From Basidiobolus meristosporus CBS 931.73 (taxonomy: Eukaryota > Fungi > Basidiobolomycota), in the NCBI GenBank assembly GCA_002104905.1, contig MCFE01000225.1, positions 58,662 to 122,661 on the forward strand: a stretch of 64,000 nucleotides of DNA, in the 5' to 3' direction. The stretch's first letter is position 1. Every line of letters begins with the position of its first letter. This document shows positions 23,470 through 34,843 of this stretch, in pieces. The notes under the pieces were generated by a model, which saw only the letters and a program-made list of their open reading frames with translations, was not told the origin of the DNA and did not search any database. A program made the translations under genes and the position numbers.

Positions 23470-25080
23470 ACAACTATTTTAAATGGATCTAACTGGCCAG
23501 TACATCCAGTTGCCTTATATGGAAAAAACATGGCAATGTTTTGATGGCCTCATGCAAGTCTCTGATTGCATTATTATGGAAGTATTGTGGCCTACAGCTA
23601 GCTCTGTACAATGCTACTGTATTAATTTACCAAATGGTATTTCCTTTTTCTACTTCTTCATGCACAACTCATATATTCCACTGTAGAATCACCCTGCTCT
23701 GTTGACATACCCACCACTACCTTGGGAACTCCACATAGAGTCTGAATCAAAAAAAACTATGACTTCCTACTTATTAACCTCTACATATGGGCACACTTGC
23801 CCAATAGACATACTTCTAAAAATTCAACTTTACAGCTTCTCAGTGTGATATTTGCAAAGTTGCCCTATACCTTGTACTTATGGTAGCATATACATCTTGC
23901 AAACATATGCTTGGTTATTGCCACCTCTGCCATGAATACCCCCTGAAAAACTGCAAAAAATTAATATCTCCTGAATATCCACAAAGAACCTCTTAGTATT
24001 TAGCCAATATATTCCTTCTCCCTGCTGGATTCTAGTCCCCCTTATAGGTGCACTCTGGCTTGTGTTTGTGTAAATTCAGTATTGAATGGTGTAGAAGTTG
24101 GCTTGTGGCCAAGAGAAACCTGGCATACTTGAGTAGAGCTTTCTTAATCAAAATTAGTTGATTGTTGCACCCAACCCAATTTTGCATTACTTTACAGATT
24201 ACCCACACATTGGGGCTGCTTAGCTTCCTAATTCCATAGGCATAGGTGTTGCCAAATGCACATCTGTCCTCAGTATTTTTCAACTCTTTCTGGCTGCTCT
24301 CCATGTACCAACTTATCACATCCATGATGGATTGGATGGTAATATTCTTGATGAGATTGGGATATAGTAGTACCTGCAACTTGAATTGTCTTCCTATCTC
24401 CCCACACATCCACTGCATAAGAAACTCCAAACAGGTGAGGTAAGGCCCAATATTCTCCACACACCAAGCAAGATAGAGTAGAGAATTGATACATGAGCAG
24501 TAGAGATCTATGCAATAAGCCTTTTTTTTAGTATAGCCGCTCAAATCCCATTACAAGCTCCTTGCACAACAGCTATAAATGTGTCCAGTGGGCATTGGTG
24601 GTCCAATTCTGGATAAATATTATTACAATTTCCACATATAACTTCCAATGTACTCCTGGTAAGGATGGCTTCAGAACGCCACTTGAATAAATACATATCC
24701 AGTTCATCCAGTCTTTGCATTTATATTGTTGAATTTGCATGTGAATATTGGTTGGAGCCCATGAGAAGTACTCAGGGTAGCAGATACTCTGCAATATCTT
24801 GCCAATTCTTTCAAATATCTCCTGTATCTCAAAGGGCTCATTTAGCTTGAAATGCCCCATGTACAACTCAGTCATCAGTATAGGGATTTTGTTGAAAAGC
24901 AAACTCAGTGCTCCCAGTGAAAAGCTTTTGCTCCAACAGATACCCTCTATCTCAAGTATCCCTGGTTTCCAATTAGATCCATATTCTGGTCAATGGCTTA
25001 TATCTTGCTAGCTTTGCAGCAATTCCATGTTGACTTCTGTACTTGCTCTCTGTGGGAAGAAGATATTCTTAATGTTGATG
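23470..25080 (-). pseudogene. CACTA/EnSpm transposase C-terminal region, decayed
   Basis: ORFs 24573-24902 and 24032-24544 carry EPF..IGKILQSICYPEYFSWAP.NI and SLLYLAW..NIGP..EFLMQWMCGEIG, a degenerate version of the CACTA H.L.H..GP..W.FPMER..G motif. Homologous to 30000-30990 and 32850-33400. Confidence 0.7.
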
Positions 25081-25105
25081 CTTAGGTAGTAATGGTGTGT
25101 GCAAG

Positions 25106-28100
25106 TTATGAAGTAAAAGAGAGTCCACCTAATTATTAATATATTATGGGCTAGCACTTGGTTAAAATGACATATCTCAGAATATTGACTTAGAAATTAG
25201 TTTGTAAGATATTTGCAAATTATTAGAATTTTGTCAAGTACAAGATTTCAGGAAAATTTGAAGCTTGTCAAAATAAGCTTAAACTTGGCACATGTACTCC
25301 TGAGACTCCCCCAATAATGAACAAATAGTTACACATATGTAGATCTGCAAGAAGTATAAATACTGTATTGCAACTCAAAAAATCAACAAGTGAATATTTT
25401 GGAAATCTTCTAGTTCTCCATTTCACTTCCAGTATACCTCTCTAGTATCTCAACAGGTTATGAGCCCCAAACCTGCTATATGTTGGGTGTCTACTCTGCT
25501 CTAGTGCTGTGTCTTTACTCTGGAGAAAGACTGCCTGGTCTACCTGAAGGTACAGAAGATAGAAAAGTACTGCCACTGCAAAGAACTGCTATGTGGGATA
25601 TATTTTTATGGAGAGAGAGGCCTTTGCTCTTGAAGAAGACACTAGGCAAAGAAAAAGGTCATATGTCAAGGAGGGCATGTTGGACAAACTTCAAGCTATG
25701 AGATGTGCCAAAGGATAGAGCTTTAAGAAAATGCATAATCCCTGCAAGGAGTCCGGATCAACAAGGGGCATATTACATAGTATATGTATAAGTGCTATGA
25801 TCCATATCATCATAACATAAAGGAACTATATTGAGGACTCACATATACCTGAGCTTGAATTAGACTGTTTCAGTCAATGCAGTGCCTGCATTACTGCAGT
25901 GAGTTTACATAAGTCTGTAGCCACATGAAATGAAATGAAGCACAAACACTTTGAAGCTGCCTGTTGCCTTAGTTTGGAGTTGAAAACACAGACAGATATA
26001 TGATTCAGCTTGCCCAAATTTTAAGGATCAGAATGATGTATAATACTTACATATCATGCTGAAGATCAGTGATCCCAGACATGCCAATTTAGGAGTGGTA
26101 TGCATGTTAGTACAGCAGTACTATTTCCAGTACCAATGATCCTGTGGCTCTATGAGACACTTATTAGACAATCTATATGTTACATTAAGTATCAGAAACA
26201 GTGGTAGGAGATATATTGATATATATCTGAACATGGAACTTATACCACCATTAAGAAAAGTGCTACTGGAGATCCTGGCCAAAAGTATATGCATATAGTA
26301 TCCATATATACTGTAGAGATTATATGAAATACTATTTAAGAATGTACTAGTTGCTACATACTATACTAGATATATCACTAGGCATTTAGTGATTGCAGAT
26401 CATATATATAGTAACATAAATCAAATATCAATCTTGCTTTTATGATCTTATCAAGTTACATGCAGCTCCCAGCTATGAGCCACACTGCAGTAATAAAATC
26501 TGCTACCAGGATGCAGAGAGAAATGGCTTTTTAAGGAAGCTTATTTGATCAAATTTGATCAAGCCTGTGAAAAGTTATGTCAGATCTAAGCAAATGACCA
26601 ATTTGGATGAGAAATCTCAGAATAGAAGTGCTCTGCAGACAGGAGGTTCCTGAGCACTCTAGATGATCTGACAAGCTGTGGATATGCTACCTGCTTGATC
26701 CAGATCTAGATCAAAAAGGGAAATCCAGCAATAAGAATCCCCAAGACAAGATATGGAACAAAACCTTGTTGCCAATAAGTTGTCAGTTTCTAAATGGAGT
26801 TTGGTGCTACCTAAGTGAGATATGCACTATCTAGAGCACTACATATGATCCGGCAATCCTATCACACAAGGATAATGAAGCATTGATGCTTGCAAAAGCA
26901 ACAGAAAAGTCCATGAGAAACTACACACTGAGAAGCAACATTAATATCACAGTGAACAATGAAGTCAACTTCCTTGCAGTTGAAGCTAGAAATGTGGTAC
27001 CAAGGGCCAAACTAAGGTTTATAATGGGTGCAGATGATCATTGGCTTGTCCAATTGCTCTGTCAATCAGGCTCTATGCTGGAATACTCTATAGAAAGTAA
27101 CAGTGGCATATCAGGGCTGTTATGATTGATTTATGCAATTGGAAAGTGTCTGATCCAGCTGTACGGTTCAAGTTCAATGGCTTATATATGAACATACCTA
27201 TCTTGTCTAGAATGAAGCCTCTATGAATAGCTACCAATTAGGCTGTGGTATTCTGTGATACCACTTCAAGCCTATCAATATGCAAAGGGAAGATCTGAGT
27301 ACTGTAATAGAGTTATCAGTCCAAGAAGGTTATGCCTAGATCAGAACAAAATATATGATCTATGTGGTCAGCTTTAGAAGGCAGGAAGCACCAGAAGATG
27401 TAGCTTCAGTGGGAGTACAATATCCCAGATCAGGAATGAAGAAAACCTAGGCTAGACACCATTGAAAGCACTAGCCTGGAAGTGGTAATACTTGGTCAAC
27501 CAGTGAAGAATAAGGGCAACCACAATGCTGACCAATTGTTGGTCCCAGCAGATCATGCATGGAGTATGTGAGGAAGGTTATTATCCAGATCCAGCTATAG
27601 ATATATGGAGCACAGTCTAAGTGAGTTAGACTATTTACCAGAACTGAGGACAAACCAGATCTACTGGTGAGAAGACCACATCTTAACTTTACCAATTATT
27701 GACAAATTTTACTCAAATAAGAAACAACAGAAAGCCTGAGAATGCTGCAATCTGATGATAGAGAATATGATGAGATATAATCTGTATCTGAAAAGCTCTA
27801 CTCCAATCAAGTGGATGATACCCATCCAGAGATATTTTGTGATGAGATCAGTATTCAGACTCAATGTTATTTGATCTGTAGTATGTAATTAACAGTATGG
27901 ACTTATACTTAGTTATTACAGATAACATGTAATCCTTCACACATATTGATGAATACATTAGTCCAATAGGTTATATGGGTGATTGCAGGCTTAACTCCAA
28001 CAGGAAAATACACATTATCACAGCAGGTTCATAAGTATATGAATATATTACGTAAGTGGGAGTGTTGTAATAGTTAGGAGTCCACCAAATTACTAATACA

Positions 28101-28150
28101 TTATGAACTAGCATTTACTTAAAATGACATATTTTAGAATATTAACTTTG
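25106..28150 (+). mobile_element. Sister Copia-type LTR element with ~2.6-kb internal region lacking recognisable pol (LARD-like or extremely decayed)
   Basis: 5' LTR ends TCTCAACA at 25455 and is followed by a perfect GGTTATGAGCCC PBS. PPT AAGTGGGAG at 28054-28062, then TGTTGTAA begins a truncated 3' LTR at 28063. Confidence 0.65.
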
Positions 28151-29050
28151 ATAATGAGTGCAATATTCTCTAGCTTGGAAATATTGGTGGGACTACTATG
28201 ATTTTGGCAAGAAGTATTACTAAGTCCTCAAAGCCCCCATTACTGATATTGGTGGAAATATGCAACTTCTCTAGCCACAACATTACATCATTCACTGGTA
28301 GATGGATTACTGGGCTCACTTAGCTCCATAAAGTATCCTTGGCATTTGTTTCAATGGGTGTTATCTCATTGCATATTGGGATTTGACTGGGCTCATGTGT
28401 GGTACTGTTGTTTGGGGAGATAGGCTCACAATCCATCAGTGAGCCTTCTTTGTCAGAGCTAGCACTCTGCGTGCCATATTCAGAAGGCTGAGGTGCGCCT
28501 AAAGGCATCACAAGCGCACTTGACTCAGTTTGTGTAAGGTTACAAAGATGGCCGGGTGCCAACATAGATGTATCAACTGGCCAGCAAGATAATGTTGGTA
28601 TAATAGTCACTGATGAATGGTCAAATATGACTTGTGCAGCAAAACACTGGCCATGATCCTTGTAATACTTTGTTTGCTATCTCCATGCTTCATGGCTGAG
28701 AGGCTTGCTATAATAGCTACATGGTCTTTTTTCTCTGCTCTTTTGACATTGAATCAAAGTAGTCTTGTCCATGGAGCAAACAGTTTGACCTTCAACAGTG
28801 TAATGCTATTATATCATTTTTTGGTTAATACTAGTGTGAATTCAAGACAGTCTTGTATTTGAGACCTCGCACTTACATGAATGTAAGATTCAATGATGAC
28901 CTGCCATAGTAAGCATTATGAATAAAGTTGTGGCACCACATACCCACATATATATAACACTATTTCCCCTTTGATTTGACTTACTTCCATATATATCCCG
29001 CCAAAAAATAAAGCAAAGTTGTCTGGCTCCCAACCAAATCCCACCACTGA
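28150..29050 (-). pseudogene. 5' region of the CACTA transposase gene, inverted copy of ~31050-31890
   Basis: ORF 28320-28610 (SDKEGSLMDCEPISPNNSTTHEPSQIPICNE..DTLWS) is nearly identical to ORF 31530-31871 on the opposite strand. Confidence 0.7.
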
Positions 29051-29138
29051 CAGCAGCAGAAGAATGGCTAGACAACAGCTTGCTTTGATATTCAGTGCAA
29101 CAAGCAGGGCTACATCTAAAAAAGGCCATGTTGACAGT

Positions 29139-30990
29139 CCCTATGAAAAATAATTTGCCCCACTGATGGATCCAATGCGGATCAGCTGTCAGGATTGCAT
29201 TGTAGTGGTGGAGAGGTACTCCTGGGAGAAGCTACACAACTCAAGGTGCATAAGGTGTCTGATGTGTGCAATAACCTCTGGGTCTAAACTGCTGGTGTCT
29301 TTGTCAATATGTCACTATGGTAAAAGCTCCTGCTTCTCTAGCTTTCTAGGTGCTCCAAGTGTCTCCAATGGCCTCTGCGTGTCCTGTGCACTACCCTGAA
29401 AAGCTCCTTGATGGCAGGTCTGAGATGTAACTGTTGAAGGTAGATGCAGTGATCAACTGCTAGTCAATAAGGGAAAGTGTTCCTGATAGAAGGGATGATT
29501 TATTGATGAGGGATTGACTTCCCTTAAATACTTTTCTGATTGCCAAGTGATTAATAATGACAAGGTTTAGAGAATTCCAGGCATCAGTGGAACTCTTGAT
29601 GACATCACTATGAGCTAAAAATATGCCAGGAAGGTCATGCAAGGTTTTAAAAGGCACAGCACATCCAACCAATCAGGGCTCAGTAGCCTGAAATCTGCGC
29701 AACATGGAGATGCCATATATGGTAATCAAATGGTAGGGATGTTAAAACAGACTTAGGTCATTTGTCATGGGTACTGACTTGGGTACTTGCCTAATGTAGA
29801 TATATATTTACAGATCACAAAGCTGAATAACATCTAGGATAACTGATGCTAATATTAATCCTGGTTAACATCATATGGGGGTAATACTAATAATATGAGC
29901 AAAAGAAAAATGGGATAATACTGATAAGATAAAATATGGAAAAGTACAACATAATAGCTATATGAATAAAATTGTCTGTGGGCGGTATGTTTACCCTGCC
30001 ACACTGATTAGAGACTTGCATAATAACAGCAGCTTAGAATTAGTGACCCTCTAATCAATGTTATGATGGAGTCACAGCAACATTTTGCCAATCTTACTGC
30101 CAAATTAAGTTTAGAACTTGATGAGATTGGATTGGTGCTGTGAAAATAATTGCATGGCATTGTTGCAGTCTTGTTGCACTCTACAACTATTATAAATGGA
30201 TGCAACAGGCCTGGAAATCCAATTGCCTTATATGGCAAAAATATTGACAGGATTTTAACAGCCTCACAGCATGACTCTGATGGCATTACAACAGCAGTAT
30301 GATGGCCCACAGCTAGTTCTGTGTAATGCTACTGTACCAGTTTACCAAATAGTATTTCCTTTTTCTACCTCCCCTTGTGCAATTCATATATTCCACTTTA
30401 TAATACCCCTCTTTATTTGCTTACCCACTGCTACCTTGGGTATTCTGCATATTGTTTGAATAAAAAAAAACTATGGCCTCCTCCTTACTAACCCCTAAAA
30501 ATGTGCACACCAGGCATACCTCAATCACCTCAGCTTTGTAGCCTTTCAGTGTGATACTTGCAAACTTGTCCTATACCTTGTACTGCTGGTATCATATATA
30601 TCTTGCAAACATATGCTTGGTTATTGCCACTTCTGCCATGAATACCTCCTGAATATCTGCAAAGTACCTCTTGGTATTTAGCCAATATACTCCTTCTCCC
30701 TGCTGGATTCTAGTCCCCCTTATGGGTGTGCTTGTGCTCTTGTTTGTGTGAATTTCATATTGAATGGTGCAGAAGCTGGCTTGAGACCCAGAGAAATCTG
30801 CCATACCTTCATAGAGTTTTCCTTATTAATATTAGTTGCTTGTTGCACCCAACCCAACTTTGCATCACTTAACTTATTACCCACACATTGGGGCTGTTAA
30901 GCTTCTTAATACCATAGGCATAGATATCTCTATGTGCACATCTGTCCTCAGTATTTTCCAACTCTTCCTGGCTGTGCTCCATAATGGTCA
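29139..30990. mobile_element. CACTA left arm (terminus CCCTATGAAAAATAATT at 29139) plus transposase 3' fragment on the minus strand
   Basis: The first ~55 bp match the 16685 end. The interior is homologous to 16150-16670 (inverted), 19560-20040 and 23470-24330. Confidence 0.6.
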
Positions 30991-31049
30991 GCTTGTGGCT
31001 CTGAAGAGGTTCTCAATTGCCTACTTGACTGAGAGCCTGAGGAGTCAGG

Positions 31050-33400
31050 GGCAGGGTTCTATGGGAACCAGACAACTTTATTTTATTTTTTGGCTGCATA
31101 TATATGGCAGTGAGTCAAACCTTAGGGCAAGTAGTGTTACATATATATATGTATGTGGAGCCACAACTTTATTTATCATGCGTACAATGGGGGTTATCAT
31201 TGAGTCTTACATTCATGTAGGTGTAATATGACTTATACAAGACCATCCTAAATTCTCCTGGGTATTGACTAAAAAGTGATATAATAGCATTGCTTTGTTG
31301 AGTGTAAAACTGTTGCCCCATGGACAAGACTACTTTGATTTCATGTCAAAAGAGAATAGGAAAAAGATCAAGAGGCTATTATAGCAAGCCTCACAGTCAT
31401 GAAGCATGGAGATAGCAAGAGAAGTATAACAAGGATCATGGCCAGTGTTATGCCACACCAGTCATATTTGACCATCAATCAGTCTCTAATGTTCCAACAT
31501 TATCTGGCTGGCCAGTTGATACTTCCATATTGGCACCTAGCTGGCTTTGTCACCCTGTGCAAACTGAGTCAGGTGAGTTTGCAATGCCTTTAGGCTTACC
31601 TCAGCCCTCTGAATATGGCATCCAGAGTGATAGCTCTGACAAAGAAAGTTCACTCATGGATTGTGTGCCTATCTCCCCTAACAACAGTACCACACATGAG
31701 CCCAGTCAAATCCCAATATGCAATGAGAAAACACCCATTGAAACAAATGCCAAGGATACTTTATGGAGCCAAGTGAGCCCAGTAATCCATCTACCAGTGA
31801 ATGATGTAATGTTGTGGCTAGAGAAGTGGCATATTTCCACTAATATCAGTAATGGAGCTTCAAGGATTTAGTAATACTTCTTGCCAAAATCATTCCAGGA
31901 TACAACTTACCATGTACATAGTACAAGTGGACAACAGTCATGTGGCTGACAACACATGATCCAGAGACTGTCCTGATTACCGCATATGTTAACAGTTGCA
32001 TGACATTCACATCCAAAAATGCTACCATTGCAACATGTCCAAACTGTGAGGAATCCATCACCATTGAGGAAAAACATTATTCACAATCCAGATATATTCC
32101 AGTAGTACCCTGTCTGAAGAAGCTAATTCAGTCCAACAAATATTGAAAGCTATATAGTACCGCACTCAGCATCAATCAAGTAGAAACATATCCTATATAT
32201 ATGATTGCACACATTGCAAATAGCTAAGAAGCAAGGGCTACTTTAAAGATATGTTTAGCTGGGCCTTTGCCTAAGCACTTGATGGATTCTCATTAAACAA
32301 GTACTCAACCAGCAAATCCTTCTGGCCACTCATTCTCATCAATCTGAATCTGCCACCCATTGTACAGTGTCAGCGCAATAATCTGATGGTAGTCTTGCTG
32401 GCATCTTGGTTTAAATCACTCTCCAACCTGGATAGCTACATGTGTCCATTCCTGGATGAATTTGTATGCTTTTCAGTGGGATAACATTAAATGGCCATCA
32501 TGTAAAAGTGAATATTATTATTGGCATTAGTGTTACCCCAGCCATCAGCAAGATAGCAGGCTTTTCTGGGCACAATGGATAGTATTGCTGTCAAATGTGT
32601 GAGATCCAAGATTTACTCCGCAACACACACACATTATTATTACCCAAACACCAGCACTAAGAACATCATCTTCCCACAGAGAGAATGTACAGTAGTCAGC
32701 ATGCAATTGCAGCAAAGTTGGCAAGCTATAAGCCATCAGCCAGATTATGGAATCAACCAGAAACTGAAGATGCTTAAGATAGTGGGTATCTGTTGGTGCA
32801 ACAATTTTCAATATAGAGCAATGCATTTGCCTTTCAGCAATATCCCTATACAGATGACTAAGCTTTATATGGGGCACTGCAAGCTAAATGAGCCCTTTAA
32901 AGTACTAGAAAAAATTGAAAGAATTGGCAAGATATCACAGAGTATCTGCTACCCTGAGTACTTCTCATGGGCTCCAGTCAATATTTATATGCATATGCAA
33001 CAATACCAATGCAATGACTGCATGAACTGGATACGTATGTATTAAAGTGATGTTCTGATGCCATTTCTACCAAGAGTACATTGGAAGCATTGGGAGTTAT
33101 ATGTGCATACTGTAGGAAAATTTAACCAGAAGTGGATCACCAATGCCAACTTAATGCCTCTACAACTTTTGTGCAATGAGTTTGTAATGGGATTTGAGTG
33201 GCTATAATACAAACATGAAGCTGAATGTGTAGATTTCTGCCACTACTGTATCCATTCTTTACTCCATCATGCATGCTGTGAGGAGAATATTGGGCCTTGC
33301 TTCACCTTTTGAGAGTTTCCTATGGAGCAGATGTGTGGGGAGACAGGAAGACAAGTCAAGCTGCAGGTACTTCCATATCCCTTTGCTGGAAGTAGGCATG
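31050..33400 (+). pseudogene. CACTA/EnSpm (Transposase_21/tnp2-like) transposase pseudogene
   Basis: Remnants VNSCMTF..TCPNCEE..RYIPVVPCLKKL, ALDGFSLNKYS..SFWPLILINLNLPP..RNNLMV, LDSYMCPFLDE and HSLLHH..NIGP..EFPMEQMCG are CACTA transposase motifs, broken by stops and frameshifts. Confidence 0.8.
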
Positions 33401-34014
33401 ACAAAGCACTCTTGGTAGGGAATCAGCCAGAATTCCATAGAGGGGAGTAATGTATGGCATACTTAGCTTACATTGGAGAGGCTGCTAAGAATAAGCATCT
33501 TAGACAAATATCTTTTATTACATCAATGCTCTCAGGATAAGAAATGAAAAATCTAACCAACAGAATTACCCTGCTGGTAGATGAGATGGAATCTGTTGGC
33601 ATACCAACTACCAATGAGGATGTAATAGTAACCATTCTGAATAGTCTGACAGACAAGTATCAGGTCCTTGTCTCAGCCCTAGAGTCCAGATCTGAAGATT
33701 TAACCTTAAATTATGCATATGGAACAATCCTGGATGAAGGATTGAGACATTCAAGTGCTAATAAGAAGGAAGAAGAACATATTTAATAAGCAACAATAAC
33801 CAACAAAGGAAATACCCAAGACCTTTCAAAGGCCAAAGCAACCTGTTTTGTAACTATTGCAAAAGGAAAGGACACACATCAGACTGGAGCCTCAATATGA
33901 GAGATAGCAAGAAGAACAAGCCTGAATGTGGAAATGCTGCAACAACTGATGATAAACCATACATATATACACCAAATATGACTACAACCAAGAATTCTCA
34001 GATGTAATGTATTA

Positions 34015-34222
34015 GACTTTTCCATTGTGTCATTGATCATAGTGCCAGAAAGTGCTGTATATTTTGTTATTAATTTGATATTTTAGGGTCATATGCATGT
34101 CAATTTTGATCCCAAATTGGCACTATATGGCACCATCTGGCACTCTGTGGCATGATCAGACACCATCTGGCATGCTATGGCATTATTGGGCACTATGATC
34201 AGCTGGAATGATGGAACAAGTC
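34015..34222. mobile_element. MITE, 208 bp, ~33-bp imperfect TIRs, TA target duplication
   Basis: TA|GACTTTTCCAT..TGATCATAGTGCC ... GGCACTATGATCA..ATGGAACAAGTC|TA interrupts the Copia protease codons. Interior is rich in TGGCA(C) repeats. Confidence 0.7.
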
Positions 34223-34513
34223 TATTAACTCTGGGCTGTCTCAGCACTTTACACACCAAAGAGAACCTTTTACCCAATACCAAGAAATTCCTATTAAGAA
34301 GGTTTTGATGGGAGAAAAAAGAACACTATATGCAGCTAGAGAAGGAACCACTCAAGTAGACCTTAGAAGCAGTCAAGGAAGCCGCACACTTACCTTCAAA
34401 GAAGTACTCTTTGTACCAGAAAAACCCAAGAACCTACTCTATATAAGCTAGGCAACAGTAGAAGGCCTCAGTTTGAGCTTTGACAACTCAGAATGCAGGA
34501 TCACCAATCAAAG

Positions 34514-34843
34514 TGTTGTAAGAGTCTTGGAGACATTGGAAGTAATTGGGAGAACAAGTAGATTATGTGGTTTTCACTTAATGATTTATTGAATGTAAAA
34601 GTAGTATTTATACTTTTACCTGGTCTTGGCATTAAAAACATGTAGAATAGGTCAAGGAAGGTCCCAAGAACATGTGTGCAAAGTTTGGGGCTGTTTGGAC
34701 AACTTTGAGAATTATCATGTTCTGGGTACCTGGTATTTTGGTGAAAATATTCCAAGTAAATCCCAACAAGGAATTTGGTCAGTATTCTCTAGGATTTGAA
34801 GGTGATGATCTAAGTGACTAAGTTAGGTGACATTTTTACAATA
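34514..34843 (-). mobile_element. Copia solo LTR with 5-bp TSD CAAAG
   Basis: TGTTGTAAGAG at 34514 to TTTTACAATA at 34843; CAAAG at 34509-34513 and 34844-34848; ~20-bp internal deletion. Confidence 0.9.
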
